A stretch of 64,000 bases of DNA from a bacterium (GTDB lineage Bacteria; Armatimonadota; Zipacnadia; Zipacnadales; Zipacnadaceae), in the NCBI GenBank assembly GCA_030615605.1, contig JAUWYY010000006.1, positions 11,847-75,846 on the forward strand, written 5' to 3'. The notes below the pieces were generated by a model. The model searched no databases. It was not told where the DNA came from and worked only from the letters and a program-made list of their open reading frames with translations. Shown piece by piece: positions 1-10,332 of the stretch. A program made the position numbers and the translations under genes. Positions within the stretch are counted from its first letter, which is position 1. Every line of letters begins with the position of its first letter.

Positions 1-60
1 CAGGGCGGATTGGTGGTTAGCATAACAGGCAGCGGGTCGTCCCCTGAGACTCAGGAGCCC

Positions 61-825
61 TCAGCCAAGCGCATTGCGCAGGTCTTGGGAAAGCGCCGCC
101 GAAGCCACCGATACGAGTGCCGTGTCGGTGGTCATAGCGATTAGACTGTAGCCGAGATCAGCTAACATCGCGGTGACGTGGGGATCTGTGCTGCCCCAGC
201 AGCTAGCTATTATACCTGCCGCCCGCGCCGCCTCGGCAGTCCGGGTCAGGTGTTCGGCAAGTATCGGCTCGGTAAGTGGAGTGTCAAGTGGGAGGCCCAG
301 AGACATGCGCAGGTCCAGGGGGCCAAGGAAGATCCCGTCCACCCCTGGTGTCTGCGCGATAGCTTCGACGTTGTCGGCGGCCTCTTCAGTCTCAATCTGG
401 ACGATCAGTAGGCCATCCTCAGTGCCAGTCTTCCGCTCTTGGCCGGGTATATCAAATATGCGGTGGCTGGCAAGCGAGCGGCTGCCCTGGGGCGGGAACT
501 TGCTGCGGTCTGCCACTTGGCGGGCCTGCTCAGCGGTATTGACCATGGGCACGATGATGCCCGTGCAGTCCATGTCCAGCACTGGTCCGATTGAGCCAAT
601 GGAGTGGTCGCGGACTCGCACCAGGCTGGGTGTGCGGACCGAATCGGCTGTGCGAACCGCGTGCAGCAACGCATCATAGCTGAGCTGGCCGTGTTGGCCA
701 TCAATAAAGAACCAGTCCCAGTGGCTGTGTATCTCTTCGAGTATCTCGGGTGCAGGCAGCTTCAAGCCAACCCCCAATTGCACATCGCCGGCAATAAGTG
801 CCTCAGTATCGAGAGGCCAGGCCAT
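61..825 (-). CDS. HpcH/HpaI-family aldolase-like protein
   Basis: 254-aa complete ORF. Sequence resembles the TIM-barrel 2-keto-3-deoxy-acid aldolase / citrate lyase beta family (..GIIVPMVNTAEQARQV.., ..IVQIETEEA.., ..GVDGIFLGPLDL..), recalled from memory rather than searched. Confidence 0.5.
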   Translation of the reverse strand: MAWPLDTEALIAGDVQLGVGLKLPAPEILEEIHSHWDWFFIDGQHGQLSYDALLHAVRTADSVRTPSLVRVRDHSIGSIGPVLDMDCTGIIVPMVNTAEQARQVADRSKFPPQGSRSLASHRIFDIPGQERKTGTEDGLLIVQIETEEAADNVEAIAQTPGVDGIFLGPLDLRMSLGLPLDTPLTEPILAEHLTRTAEAARAAGIIASCWGSTDPHVTAMLADLGYSLIAMTTDTALVSVASAALSQDLRNALG

Positions 826-1188
826 TTTGTTACCTCCGTCGGTTAGATATTGGTTATCGGCAACTCATGATAGCCCACAGATGGCCATCAGTCAATGCAA
901 TGGAAATTGTTCTCCCGTCAGTGCGAGGCAATTATCGGCAGGAACTATCGCGAATCCAGCGAATATGTAGTAATGAGAGAAGTCTGGCCGACGTTGGCGG
1001 GCAGTAGCTTATCAGGCCAATCCCGCTGCCCGTCGCCAGAAGGCGATTCTGCTGGACGAGCTATGCTGCTGGGCTGCTGGATTGGGAGTCATTAGTCGCT
1101 GATTGGTCCCAGAAGCTTGAAGGTAAGTCCATGGTGCGCTGCGCGTGGCGGGTTGTCAAAATAGATCTGCAGATGCATGCCCAGACTC

Positions 1189-1217
1189 TTGACATCGCTG
1201 CGCAATACTGGTAAACT
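1189..1217 (+). promoter_or_regulatory. sigma70-like promoter candidate for the nuo operon (TTGACA - 17 nt - TAAACT)
   Basis: TTGACA at 1189-1194, 17-nt spacer, TAAACT at 1212-1217, about 175 nt upstream of the nuoA ATG. It is the only good hexamer pair in the 567-bp intergenic region. Confidence 0.3.
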
Positions 1218-1391
1218 TAACTAGGCTGCTACGCAGTAGCCCCCCAACTGCTACTTTTGGCCCCTGCAATCGGCCAGGGGCCTTAGACTGTGAGTGGTTC
1301 CTAAGCGGGATGCCTGTCTTGCTCGGTAAAGGCACGAGGGCAGTCGCACCAGGCCGAATCTATGTCGTCTACAGCAAGGTCTCGATAGGTA

Positions 1392-1766
1392 ATGGCACTT
1401 GAATACGGACCAGTTGGCCTGTTTGTCCTTGGCGGTTTTGTCTTTGCTATCGTAGCTTTGGTTATTTCATATATTATTCGCCCCGCAGATACTTACGACC
1501 GTAAGCTTATCCCCTACGAGTGTGGGATTGTCCCCTCTACCGCTGCCTGGCACCGCGTGCGTATCGGCTACTATATCATCGCGTTGCTATTTCTGATCTT
1601 CGAGGTGGAAGCCGCATTCCTGTTTCCCTGGGCTACGGTTCTACGCAAATTGTCGGGCACGCCAGGCTGGGGCCTTCTGCCGCTGGCGGAGATGGGCATA
1701 TTTCTGGGGATTCTTCTGCTGGGCTTAATCTATGCCTGGCGCAAGGGTGATCTGCAGTGGAACTGA
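1392..1766 (+). CDS. nuoA: NADH-quinone oxidoreductase subunit A
   Basis: 124-aa protein with 3 TM segments; first gene of an operon with nuoB-N homologs; overlaps nuoB by 10 nt. Confidence 0.85.
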   Translation: MALEYGPVGLFVLGGFVFAIVALVISYIIRPADTYDRKLIPYECGIVPSTAAWHRVRIGYYIIALLFLIFEVEAAFLFPWATVLRKLSGTPGWGLLPLAEMGIFLGILLLGLIYAWRKGDLQWN

Positions 1767-2332
1767 GTATGCCGGACGAGCCAATTCGGCGCCTCGCCCG
1801 CAAGCATCGGGAAAGTCCGGCGGGGCAGTTGCTCATTAAGATAGTGGACAAAGTGCTGAATACGGGCCGAGCCTGTTCGGTATGGCCGTTGGGCTTTGGG
1901 TTGGCCTGCTGTGCGATTGAGATGATGGCCACCGCCGCCTCTCGCTACGACTTGGACCGCTTTGGGATGATCCTGCGCCCCTCGCCGCGCCAGGCCGACC
2001 TGATGATCGTGGCGGGCACGGTCACGATGAAGATGGCGCCGGTCCTCGAACGGCTCTACCACCAGATGCCCGAACCCAAATATGTGCTGGCGATGGGGAG
2101 CTGCGCAGTGAGCGGCGGGCGGTTCTATCGTGATGCATACAGCGTGGTCAACGGCGTTGATCGGATTCTGCCGGTGGACGTTTACATCCCGGGCTGCCCG
2201 CCGCGGCCCGAAGGCCTCATCAAAGGTCTGCTGGACATCCATGACATAATTCGCCGTGACTCTATCGCCGACGCTCCCTACATCGAAGGCCAGCGTCCGG
2301 AATATCGTCAGTACCCTCGTCTGGAAAAATGA
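1757..2332 (+). CDS. nuoB: NADH-quinone oxidoreductase subunit B (20 kDa, N2 cluster)
   Basis: CCAIEMM...GSCAVSGG...IPGCPPRP cysteine motifs typical of NuoB/NdhK. Confidence 0.9.
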   Translation: MELSMPDEPIRRLARKHRESPAGQLLIKIVDKVLNTGRACSVWPLGFGLACCAIEMMATAASRYDLDRFGMILRPSPRQADLMIVAGTVTMKMAPVLERLYHQMPEPKYVLAMGSCAVSGGRFYRDAYSVVNGVDRILPVDVYIPGCPPRPEGLIKGLLDIHDIIRRDSIADAPYIEGQRPEYRQYPRLEK

Positions 2333-2904
2333 CTGATTCTACCAACGACACCGGCCTGATCGCCGCGGCCGGTCAGGACAATTCGGATATTGCGGATAAC
2401 TTGCGCGAGCAGTTCGGCGAGCAGATTCACAATGCCGAGATTGAAGACGATACTTTGCAGGTGGAGGTAGCGGCTGAGATCATACTTGTGGTCTGCCGCC
2501 ACCTGTCCACTGAGATCGAGCGGCCTTATCCGTATCTGTCTGACGCCTTCGGCGTTGACTGCGGAGATCATCTGCAGGTGGTGTATCACCTGATCCGATC
2601 GGAAACGGCAGACGGTGCCTTTGTGCGCGTTAATCTGCCCCGTAACGAGGCCACCCTGCCTACACTTACCGCTTTGTATAACACTGCCAACTGGGCCGAG
2701 CGGGAGATTGCGGAGATGTTCGGCGTGACCTTTGCAGGCCATCCTGACCCTCGTCATTTGTTGTTGCCGGAAGGGTGGCAGGGCTATCCGCTGCGCAAAG
2801 ACTATCAGCGGCCCGACCATCCCTACCTGGCTTCTGAACCGCTGCACGAGGATCCCTCTGTTTTCCTGGCAAGCGGACCCCAGTTCGAAACGACCGAAGA
2901 ATGA
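2329..2904 (+). CDS. nuoC: NADH-quinone oxidoreductase subunit C (30 kDa)
   Basis: 191 aa; 4-nt overlap with nuoB and nuoD; position and NuoC-like sequence (..ERE.AEMFGV.F.GHPD.R.LLL..). Confidence 0.8.
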   Translation: MTDSTNDTGLIAAAGQDNSDIADNLREQFGEQIHNAEIEDDTLQVEVAAEIILVVCRHLSTEIERPYPYLSDAFGVDCGDHLQVVYHLIRSETADGAFVRVNLPRNEATLPTLTALYNTANWAEREIAEMFGVTFAGHPDPRHLLLPEGWQGYPLRKDYQRPDHPYLASEPLHEDPSVFLASGPQFETTEE

Positions 2905-4019
2905 GCGAGACCACGCAAGCGCCGCTGACAACTGAGGAGATTGTCGTCAACCTGGGGCCTCAGCATCCCAGTACTCACGGTGTAATGCATTTTGTCGTGA
3001 CTATTGACGGCGAAACGATACGTGAGTGTGTGCCCCATATCGGCTATCTGCATAGTTCACTGGAGAAAATCGCCGAGACGCTACGCTACGAGCAGTTCAT
3101 CACCAATACCGACCGCTTTGACTACCTCAACGGGCTGGGCAACGAACTGTGCTACGTCCAGGCGGTCGAGCGGCTACTGGGTATCGAGCCGCCGCCACGG
3201 ACGGTGTTCATCCGCACGCTGATGGCCGAGCTTAAGCGCATTTCGAGCCATCTGGTGTACCTGGGCTGCTACGGCAATGATATAGGCGCGATGACCGTAT
3301 TTCTACATGCCTTCCGCGAGCGCGAACCGCTCATGGATATGTTCGAGGCCGTGACCGGCGGGCGGCTGCTGTATAATTACTTGCGCATCGGGGGCCTGCG
3401 CAACGATCTGCCCACTGGCTTCACCGACCAGCTACACCGGTTCCTGGACTACTTACCGCGCCGTCTGGAAGAGATGAACGACCTGCTCACCAGTAATCGC
3501 ATCTTCATCGCGCGCACACGGGGCATCGGCATACTCACTGCCAGGCAGGCCCTAAGCTTTGGCGTCACCGGGCCGACGTTGCGCGGCTGCGGTGTGCCGT
3601 ACGATCTACGCAAGTTGCGCCCCTATGCCGCATACGACCAGGTCGAGTTTGATGTCCCGAGCTTTCCAGAGGGCGACTGTCTGGCCCGCCATCTAGTGCG
3701 TATGGAAGAGATGAACCAGAGCATGCGGATCATCCGGCAACTTATGGAGAAGATGCCCGAGGGTGAAATTCAGGCCGACGTGCCCCGGCGCATCAAGCCC
3801 GAAGCTGGGGAGGTTTACGAGCGGGTGGAGTCGCCCCGTGGGGAGTTGGGTTGTTATCTACTCAGCGACGGAGGAGCTAAGCCCTACCGAATGCACTGGC
3901 GCGGCCCGTCATTTTATAACCTCCAGGCGCTACCCGTGATGGTGCGCGGCGGCTTACTGGCGGACTTCATCGCCACGCTCGGCAGTCTGGATCCGATAGC
4001 TCCAGATATAGATCGATAG
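2901..4019 (+). CDS. nuoD: NADH-quinone oxidoreductase subunit D (49 kDa)
   Basis: 372 aa; NuoD-like N-terminus (LNLGPQHPSTHGV) and C-terminus (HWRGPSF); operon context. Confidence 0.9.
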   Translation: MSETTQAPLTTEEIVVNLGPQHPSTHGVMHFVVTIDGETIRECVPHIGYLHSSLEKIAETLRYEQFITNTDRFDYLNGLGNELCYVQAVERLLGIEPPPRTVFIRTLMAELKRISSHLVYLGCYGNDIGAMTVFLHAFREREPLMDMFEAVTGGRLLYNYLRIGGLRNDLPTGFTDQLHRFLDYLPRRLEEMNDLLTSNRIFIARTRGIGILTARQALSFGVTGPTLRGCGVPYDLRKLRPYAAYDQVEFDVPSFPEGDCLARHLVRMEEMNQSMRIIRQLMEKMPEGEIQADVPRRIKPEAGEVYERVESPRGELGCYLLSDGGAKPYRMHWRGPSFYNLQALPVMVRGGLLADFIATLGSLDPIAPDIDR

Positions 4020-4050
4020 GACGGGTGGGACGCCTGTCGTAGCGAAGCAA

Positions 4051-5151
4051 ATGGCAAGCACACTGGTAAAGACAATTTTGGATGTGATCCACAACTGGGC
4101 AGAAGGCCTCGCCCAGCAGTGGGGTATTCCGCATCTGTTCGTGAGCATCGCGGCTTGGATAGCTGCGTTTGTCTTTGTGATCGTACTGGTCCTGCTCATG
4201 GTGCTGCTGGCGGTCTATCTGGAGCGGAAGGTCAGCGGCGCTATCCAGTCGCGGCTGGGGCCGATGCGAGTCGGGCCTATCGGCCTGTTTCAGACGCCGA
4301 TGGATGCACTGAAAATCTTAACCAAAGAAGACATCGTCCCGCGCGATGCCGACAAGATTCTGCACACCGCCGGCCCGGTTATATTCTTTGTCACCGCGGT
4401 CATTGGCTATGTCGTGATTCCCTGGGATCGGGCGGCGATTGCCGCGCAGGTAGTGGACCTGAACATCGGCGTGCTGTTTGTCATCGCCGTCTCCTCGATA
4501 GGTGTGTTAGGGATAATGGCCGGCGGCTGGGGCTCTAACAACAAGTATGCGCTGCTGGGGGCGATGCGGGCAGTGGCGCAGATGGTCAGCTACGAAGTGG
4601 CGCTGCTGCTGGCTATTGTCTGTGTGGTGATGCAGACTGGCTCGCTGTCGCTGGCGGGGATAACCGCCGACCAGGGCGGCTCGCTACTACAGTGGAATCT
4701 GCTGCGCTGGTGGATGTGGCCGGCGCTGCTGCTTTACATAATAGCCTCTATTGGCGAGTCCAAGCGCATCCCCTTTGACATCCCCGAGGCAGAGAGCGAA
4801 CTGGTCGCCGGTTATCATACTGAGTATTCGGGAATGAAATTCGGATTTTTCTTCCTGGGCGAGTATGCCCACCTGTTTATAATTGCTGTCACCGGTGCGA
4901 TTCTATTTCTGGGCGGATGGCACTCGCCACTGCCCGCGACGATGGCCGATCCTATCCCTGGTTTCATCTGGCTGATGGGCAAGGCGCTGGCTGTCATTCT
5001 TATAATGATGTGGATTCGTTGGACGCTGCCGCGCCTGCGGGTTGACCAGCTTATGAATTTCGCCTGGAAGGGCCTGGTGCCACTGGGCTTTGTTGCTATT
5101 GCGGTTACCGGGCTGGCTATCGGTCTGGGCCTCGCCGGTGGTGGTGGATAG
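4051..5151 (+). CDS. nuoH: NADH-quinone oxidoreductase subunit H
   Basis: 366-aa polytopic membrane protein with NuoH/ND1 signatures (LERKV.G..Q.R.GP...GP.G..Q..AD..K). Confidence 0.9.
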   Translation: MASTLVKTILDVIHNWAEGLAQQWGIPHLFVSIAAWIAAFVFVIVLVLLMVLLAVYLERKVSGAIQSRLGPMRVGPIGLFQTPMDALKILTKEDIVPRDADKILHTAGPVIFFVTAVIGYVVIPWDRAAIAAQVVDLNIGVLFVIAVSSIGVLGIMAGGWGSNNKYALLGAMRAVAQMVSYEVALLLAIVCVVMQTGSLSLAGITADQGGSLLQWNLLRWWMWPALLLYIIASIGESKRIPFDIPEAESELVAGYHTEYSGMKFGFFFLGEYAHLFIIAVTGAILFLGGWHSPLPATMADPIPGFIWLMGKALAVILIMMWIRWTLPRLRVDQLMNFAWKGLVPLGFVAIAVTGLAIGLGLAGGGG

Positions 5152-5154
5152 ACT

Positions 5155-5631
5155 ATGTGGGCGGCTATCTGTGACATCTGGCAGGGTGGCAAAAGCATTA
5201 TCATCGGGCATACCGTGACTTTCCGCAACTTCTGGCGGCCGAAGATCACCGACCGCTATCCGCACAGCAAGCCCGAAGAGAACTGGCAGCCAAAACCGGG
5301 CTATCGGGGCGGCTTCGCTCAACTGAAAAGTGACAAAGAAGATCGCGAGCTTCGGTGCATTGCCTGCAATCTGTGCGCGCAAGCCTGCCCCGTCGGCTGC
5401 ATTCACATTGAGGGCGAAGGCAAAGGCAAGGAGCGCCATCCGGTCGCATTCTACATAGATATGGGTCTGTGTGTCTTCTGCCATCAGTGTGTTGAGGCCT
5501 GCCCGGTGGATGCGCTGACCATGACCGAGGAGTACGAGATCTCCCGCACCAGCCGCGCCGGGCTAATCCGCGATTTGGATGAGCTAGTAGCCGCCGGCGA
5601 AGGGCGTCAGGAGGTCTCGCGGGTAGTATGA
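5155..5631 (+). CDS. nuoI: NADH-quinone oxidoreductase subunit I (2x[4Fe-4S] ferredoxin)
   Basis: Two CxxCxxCxxxCP motifs (CIACNLCAQACP, CVFCHQCVEACP). Confidence 0.9.
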   Translation: MWAAICDIWQGGKSIIIGHTVTFRNFWRPKITDRYPHSKPEENWQPKPGYRGGFAQLKSDKEDRELRCIACNLCAQACPVGCIHIEGEGKGKERHPVAFYIDMGLCVFCHQCVEACPVDALTMTEEYEISRTSRAGLIRDLDELVAAGEGRQEVSRVV

Positions 5632-6155
5632 GTTGGGCCGACTGGTTTGACCAATTTGCTTTCTTCTTGGTGGGCGGGATCACTTTGGTCTCGGCTGCCG
5701 GGGTAGTATTTGTCCCCCGGATCATCCACGCCTGCCTGTGCCTGCTGGCAGCGCTGATCAGCATCGCCGGGCTGTATGGCCTGCTGGCGGCGCACTTGCT
5801 GGTGGCGATCCAGGTGCTGGTTTACGCCGGGGGCATCGCCGTTCTCATCCTGTTCGCCGTGATGTTGCTGCATCGCGGCGGCGAAGGCGGGTTACTGGGG
5901 GGTTCGCGCAACCTGCTCATCGGTCTGCCTGCAACCGTCATCGTCTGGTTCACCGTGGCGATTGCCGTCGTCTTCAGCAAGTGGCACTATCTGCCGGAAT
6001 TCCAGCCTTCGACAGCAGGCGCGAGCAGTGACGTCCAGGCCGTCGGGGAACTGCTGCTCAGCCGCCACCTGCTGGCCTTTGAACTAATATCGGTGATCAT
6101 GCTGATGGCGCTGGTCGGCGCAATAATACTGGCCCGGGAGGACCGCCCAGAATGA
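5628..6155 (+). CDS. nuoJ: NADH-quinone oxidoreductase subunit J
   Basis: 175-aa membrane protein; 4-nt overlaps on both sides; operon position. Confidence 0.8.
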   Translation: MSWADWFDQFAFFLVGGITLVSAAGVVFVPRIIHACLCLLAALISIAGLYGLLAAHLLVAIQVLVYAGGIAVLILFAVMLLHRGGEGGLLGGSRNLLIGLPATVIVWFTVAIAVVFSKWHYLPEFQPSTAGASSDVQAVGELLLSRHLLAFELISVIMLMALVGAIILAREDRPE

Positions 6156-6478
6156 TGCTCCCGCCGATTGGCCTGCTGCATTATCTGATATTGTCGTTGT
6201 GCCTGTTTTCCTTCGGGTTGCTGGCGGTTATCACCCGCCGACATGCCATCGGTATTCTCCTGGGCATTGAACTTATGCTTAATTCAGCGAACATTAACCT
6301 GGTGGCCTGCAATCATTTCCTGAATCCCGGTGGTGCTCTGCTGGACGGGCAGGTTTTCGTGCTAATGGTTATCGCACTGGCGGCGTGTGAGGCCGCCGTC
6401 GGATTGGCTATTATCCTGCGCTTCTATCGGCAGGCTGAGGCAGCCGACGTCGCCGACGCCCAGCTCCTGAAGTGGTAG
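6152..6478 (+). CDS. nuoK: NADH-quinone oxidoreductase subunit K
   Basis: 108 aa, 3 TM, with conserved Glu residues in TM helices (IGIELMLNSANINL..; ..AACEAAVGLAI..). Confidence 0.85.
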   Translation: MMLPPIGLLHYLILSLCLFSFGLLAVITRRHAIGILLGIELMLNSANINLVACNHFLNPGGALLDGQVFVLMVIALAACEAAVGLAIILRFYRQAEAADVADAQLLKW

Positions 6479-6501
6479 CCGAGACCGAAAGATAGACGAC
6501 T

Positions 6502-8568
6502 ATGTTAGAAATTGCCTGGCTGATACCAATCTTTTCGTTCCTGGCCTGTGCCGTGCTGATCTTCTTCGGCAGCGCGCTGCAGCGCCGCTGGGGCGAGGCT
6601 GTCGGTTGGATTGGCGTCGCGGGTGTCGCTGCGGGCATCCCGCTGGCGCTGGGCAGCCTGGTGGAGCTGGCGCTGGGCGCAGCGCCGGTGCAGTATTCGG
6701 TGCTGTGGGCGCCGCTGGGCGCGCGGATAGGTGGCGCTGAAGTCAATCTGCACTTTGGGCTGGCGGTTGACGCGCTGACCGCCGTGATGCTGGTAATGGT
6801 CACGATAGTGGCCACTTGCATAATGGTCTATTCCATTGGCTACATGCACGGTGATAAACGCTATAGCCGATTTTTTGCCTATATGTCTTTGTTCACTGGC
6901 TCGATGTTGCTGCTGCTGCTGGCCGGCAACTTCCTGGTGCTGTACATCGGCTGGGAGCTGGTAGGGTTGTGTTCGTACCTGCTCATCGGTTTCTGGTTTG
7001 AGCGCCCCTCGGCTGCCGATGCTGCCAAGAAGGCCTTCATAATGACGCGGGTGGCCGACCTGGGCTTCGCTCTGGGCATCCTGATGCTGTTTTTCTACGT
7101 GCCCAGCCTGAATTTCGCCGAGGTCTTTGCGGCTGCTTCGGGCGGGCTGATACCAGCCACCGTCGTGGGATTGGCGGCGGCTCTCCTGTTCCTCGGCGCA
7201 ATGGGCAAGAGTGCCCAGTTCCCCTTCCATACATGGCTGCCCGATGCGATGGAAGGTCCTACGCCGGTTAGTGCCCTGATTCATGCCGCCACTATGGTCG
7301 CTGCCGGGGTATACATGGTCGCGCGGCTGTTGCCCCTGTTTATTATCTCGTTTGGGAGCGTGGTTCTGTGGGGTGTGCCAGCGCTGACTATCGTCGGAAT
7401 AATTGGCCTGATAACTGCGCTGCTGGCCGCCACGCTGGGCCTGGTACAGAGCGATATCAAGCGGGTACTGGCCTACTCGACGATTTCCCAGCTTGGCTAT
7501 ATGATGGCGGTGCTGGGTATGGGCGCTATCGGCTTTGCCGCGGCGATCTTCCACCTCATCGTCCATGCCTTCTTCAAAGCTCTGCTGTTCATGTGTTCGG
7601 GCAGCGTCATTCACGGCTGTGGTGGCGAGCAGAATATGAAGAAGATGGGCGGGCTGGCCCGGCGCATGCCCGTCACCTACTACACAACCTGGATCGGCGC
7701 TTTGGCGCTGGCGGGAATCTTTCCGCTGGCGGGCTTTTGGAGCAAGGACCATCTTATGGCGGCTGTGTGGAGCCGCTCATCGAGTGAGCCGGTCTACTGG
7801 ATCTTTTTCCTGGGTCTGGAGCTGGCGGCGATAATGACGGCGGCGTATATCGGGCGTCTGTGCTTCTTGACCTTCGGGGGCACCCCCCGCAGCGAGGCAG
7901 CAGAGTACGCTCATGAAAGCCCCATGGTGATGACCGTGCCGCTGGCGGTTCTGGCTGGCTTTACGGTGATACTGGGCTTATTTGGCACACAGTTTGTTGG
8001 AGTCAATCTGTTCAATAGTGTGGTTAATGTTGATATGCCTGGAAGTATGGCGGCAGCTTCGCTGCACACCAGTGCCCACGGCGAGCACGGCTTCAACTGG
8101 ATAGTGGCGGGTATTTCAATGTTGATGGCAGTGACCGGCCTGCTGGTGGCAATAGTTGTCTACCGCTGGCAGTGGGTTGACACGCGCATCTTCAAGCGCT
8201 ACCTGGCTCCGTGGTATCAAGCGGCCATCAATCGCTACTATTTCGATGACATCTACCGCTACACGGTTGTCGGCGGCACGCTGGCGCTTGCCCAGGTCTG
8301 CCGCATTGTTGACACCTACATTATTGACAGGCTGGTCAACGCTATTGGCTGGGGCACGCGGGTGGTGTGGGCTACATCTATCCGCCTGTTCGACGACTTT
8401 GTGGTGGACGGCTTTATCAACGTAATGGCCTGGGGCACCGGGCTGGTTGGCCGGGTGACTGCCCGGGCAGTACACAACGGCCAGGTGCAGGAGTATATCG
8501 CCAGCTTTGCGGTAATCGCCGCAGGACTGGCCTGTGTCGTGTATGTCGTAGTAATGCTGGGCTGGTGA
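6502..8568 (+). CDS. nuoL: NADH-quinone oxidoreductase subunit L (antiporter-like)
   Basis: 688-aa Mrp/antiporter-like membrane protein (..WELVGLCSYLLIGFW.., ..FFKALLFMCSGSVIH..). Confidence 0.9.
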   Translation: MLEIAWLIPIFSFLACAVLIFFGSALQRRWGEAVGWIGVAGVAAGIPLALGSLVELALGAAPVQYSVLWAPLGARIGGAEVNLHFGLAVDALTAVMLVMVTIVATCIMVYSIGYMHGDKRYSRFFAYMSLFTGSMLLLLLAGNFLVLYIGWELVGLCSYLLIGFWFERPSAADAAKKAFIMTRVADLGFALGILMLFFYVPSLNFAEVFAAASGGLIPATVVGLAAALLFLGAMGKSAQFPFHTWLPDAMEGPTPVSALIHAATMVAAGVYMVARLLPLFIISFGSVVLWGVPALTIVGIIGLITALLAATLGLVQSDIKRVLAYSTISQLGYMMAVLGMGAIGFAAAIFHLIVHAFFKALLFMCSGSVIHGCGGEQNMKKMGGLARRMPVTYYTTWIGALALAGIFPLAGFWSKDHLMAAVWSRSSSEPVYWIFFLGLELAAIMTAAYIGRLCFLTFGGTPRSEAAEYAHESPMVMTVPLAVLAGFTVILGLFGTQFVGVNLFNSVVNVDMPGSMAAASLHTSAHGEHGFNWIVAGISMLMAVTGLLVAIVVYRWQWVDTRIFKRYLAPWYQAAINRYYFDDIYRYTVVGGTLALAQVCRIVDTYIIDRLVNAIGWGTRVVWATSIRLFDDFVVDGFINVMAWGTGLVGRVTARAVHNGQVQEYIASFAVIAAGLACVVYVVVMLGW

Positions 8569-8693
8569 CGAGTTGCCAGCGGGCTGCGACGGGAGAGTAC
8601 CTGTTTAGGGATACAAATGCACAGGCTCCAGCAATTGACCTTATGTCACAACGAAGATAACTTTTCGCACTTGTCAAAGGATGGATACTGCTG

Positions 8694-10250
8694 ATGCCTA
8701 TACTCAGTCTTCTTATCTTTATACCGCTCATCGGAGCAGCGGTCATCCTGTTTTTGAATACTGAGCGCCATCGCAAGGCGATCTGCTGGACAGCCACGGT
8801 CGCTGCTGCGGTAGCGTTTGTGCTGTCACTGGGCGTCTGGGTCAGATTTGTGCCCGGCCAGCCCGGTATGCAGTTTACCGAGCTGGCTGACTGGATTGAC
8901 GCGCTCAATATCCACTACCACCTGGGCATTGACGGGCTGAGTCTACCGCTGATCCTGCTGACCACGCTGCTATCGCTGCTGTCGGTGATATACTCCTGGC
9001 GCATCACCGATCGTATCAAGGAATATATGATCTTCTTCCTGCTGCTGGAGACGGGGATCCTGGGAGTCTTCTGCGCACTGGACTTCTTCCTGTTTTACAT
9101 ATTCTGGGAAGTGAGCCTGGTGCCGATGTTCTTCCTCATCGGCATCTGGGGCGGCCCCCGGCGGGCATATGCCGCCATCAAGTTCTTTATTTACACGTTG
9201 ATCGGCAGCCTGGCGATTCTGCTGGGAATCCTTGCCCTGTACTTTGCCTCCACGCCGCATACCTTTGATATGATTGAGTTGGCGCGGCAGCATCCGTTCG
9301 CGGGAGGGGGGATAGCGGCTGCCCTGGTCTTCTGGGGCTTCTTTCTGGGCTTTGCCATCAAGGTGCCGTTGTTTCCCTTCCATACGTGGTTGCCGGACGC
9401 TCACGTTGAAGCGCCCACCGCCGGCAGCGTCATCCTGGCCGGGGTTCTGCTGAAAATGGGCTGCTATGGCTTCATCCGGGTAAATCTGCCTATCCTGCCG
9501 GAGGCTTCCCGGCACTTTGCCCTCTGGATAGCGGTGCTGGCCCTCATCAGCATCATCTACGGCGCGCTGTGCGCCATGGCCCAAAAAGACCTCAAACGCA
9601 TGATCGCCTACTCCAGCGTCAACCATATGGGCTACGTAATGCTGGGTATAGCGGCGGCAGTGGCGTTTGTAGCGCCAGAGGCCGTCGGCCAGGCCGTGCA
9701 GCATAGCCGTATTGTGGCTCTGAACGGCGCGGTCCTGCAGATGGTGGCCCACGGGATTATTACGGGGGCGCTGTTCTTCCTGGTGGGGGTAATCTATGAG
9801 CGGACCCATCTGCGGGATATTGATGCCTTCGGTGGCCTGGCCAAGCAGATGCCAGTCTATGCCGGGATAATGATGCTGGCTTGCTTTGCCTCGCTGGGAC
9901 TGCCGGGATTGGCAGGATTTGCTGCTGAGTTTCTGGTTTTCCTCGGCTCGTACGGTATCTATAAGCTGATTACCGGGCTGGCGTTGCTCGGTATTGCCAT
10001 AACTGCGGCATATTTCTTGATGATGATCCAGGGGGTTTTCTTGGGCGAGTTGCGCGAGCGCTGGCAGAATCTGCGCGATCTGGATGCCGGTGAGCTGGTG
10101 GCTACCATCCCGCTGGCGGTGCTGATGCTGGCGATCGGGCTGTATCCAGACCTCATTTTGGCAGTGGTTGATCCGGCCAGCACCGCCCTGGTGACCAATT
10201 TGGAGCAGTTCTATCGGTTGAGTGATGTTATTGCTTCACTGGGGGGATAA
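8694..10250 (+). CDS. nuoM: NADH-quinone oxidoreductase subunit M (antiporter-like)
   Basis: 518 aa; NuoM-like (..FYIFWEVSLVPMFFLIGIWGG.., ..HTWLPDAHVEAPTAGSVILAGVLLKMG..). Confidence 0.9.
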   Translation: MPILSLLIFIPLIGAAVILFLNTERHRKAICWTATVAAAVAFVLSLGVWVRFVPGQPGMQFTELADWIDALNIHYHLGIDGLSLPLILLTTLLSLLSVIYSWRITDRIKEYMIFFLLLETGILGVFCALDFFLFYIFWEVSLVPMFFLIGIWGGPRRAYAAIKFFIYTLIGSLAILLGILALYFASTPHTFDMIELARQHPFAGGGIAAALVFWGFFLGFAIKVPLFPFHTWLPDAHVEAPTAGSVILAGVLLKMGCYGFIRVNLPILPEASRHFALWIAVLALISIIYGALCAMAQKDLKRMIAYSSVNHMGYVMLGIAAAVAFVAPEAVGQAVQHSRIVALNGAVLQMVAHGIITGALFFLVGVIYERTHLRDIDAFGGLAKQMPVYAGIMMLACFASLGLPGLAGFAAEFLVFLGSYGIYKLITGLALLGIAITAAYFLMMIQGVFLGELRERWQNLRDLDAGELVATIPLAVLMLAIGLYPDLILAVVDPASTALVTNLEQFYRLSDVIASLGG

Positions 10251-10332
10251 GCGAAAACGATAGAGGCTTGTTCATCTATTCTCTGACAGGCGAGCTGCCT
10301 GTCCTACTGGGAACTGATGTTAGCTGATTGAT

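Noticed and set aside
173-846. ORFs 173-679, 178-411, 405-704 and 604-846 overlapping the aldolase gene
   Set aside because: They are alternative-frame or antisense to the 61-825 aldolase-family ORF and have no independent support.
6505-7752. 415-aa ORF on the minus strand opposite nuoL
   Set aside because: It lies entirely antisense to a well-supported NuoL coding region. Its composition (Arg/Gln/His-rich, low complexity) is typical of spurious antisense ORFs in high-GC DNA, and it has no RBS or recognisable domain.
8590-8605. Short shared string GAGAGTACC in the nuoL-nuoM spacer and after the smc-ftsY hairpin (26572)
   Set aside because: Only 9 nt in common, so chance recurrence is expected in 64 kb. 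It was not treated as a repeat family.
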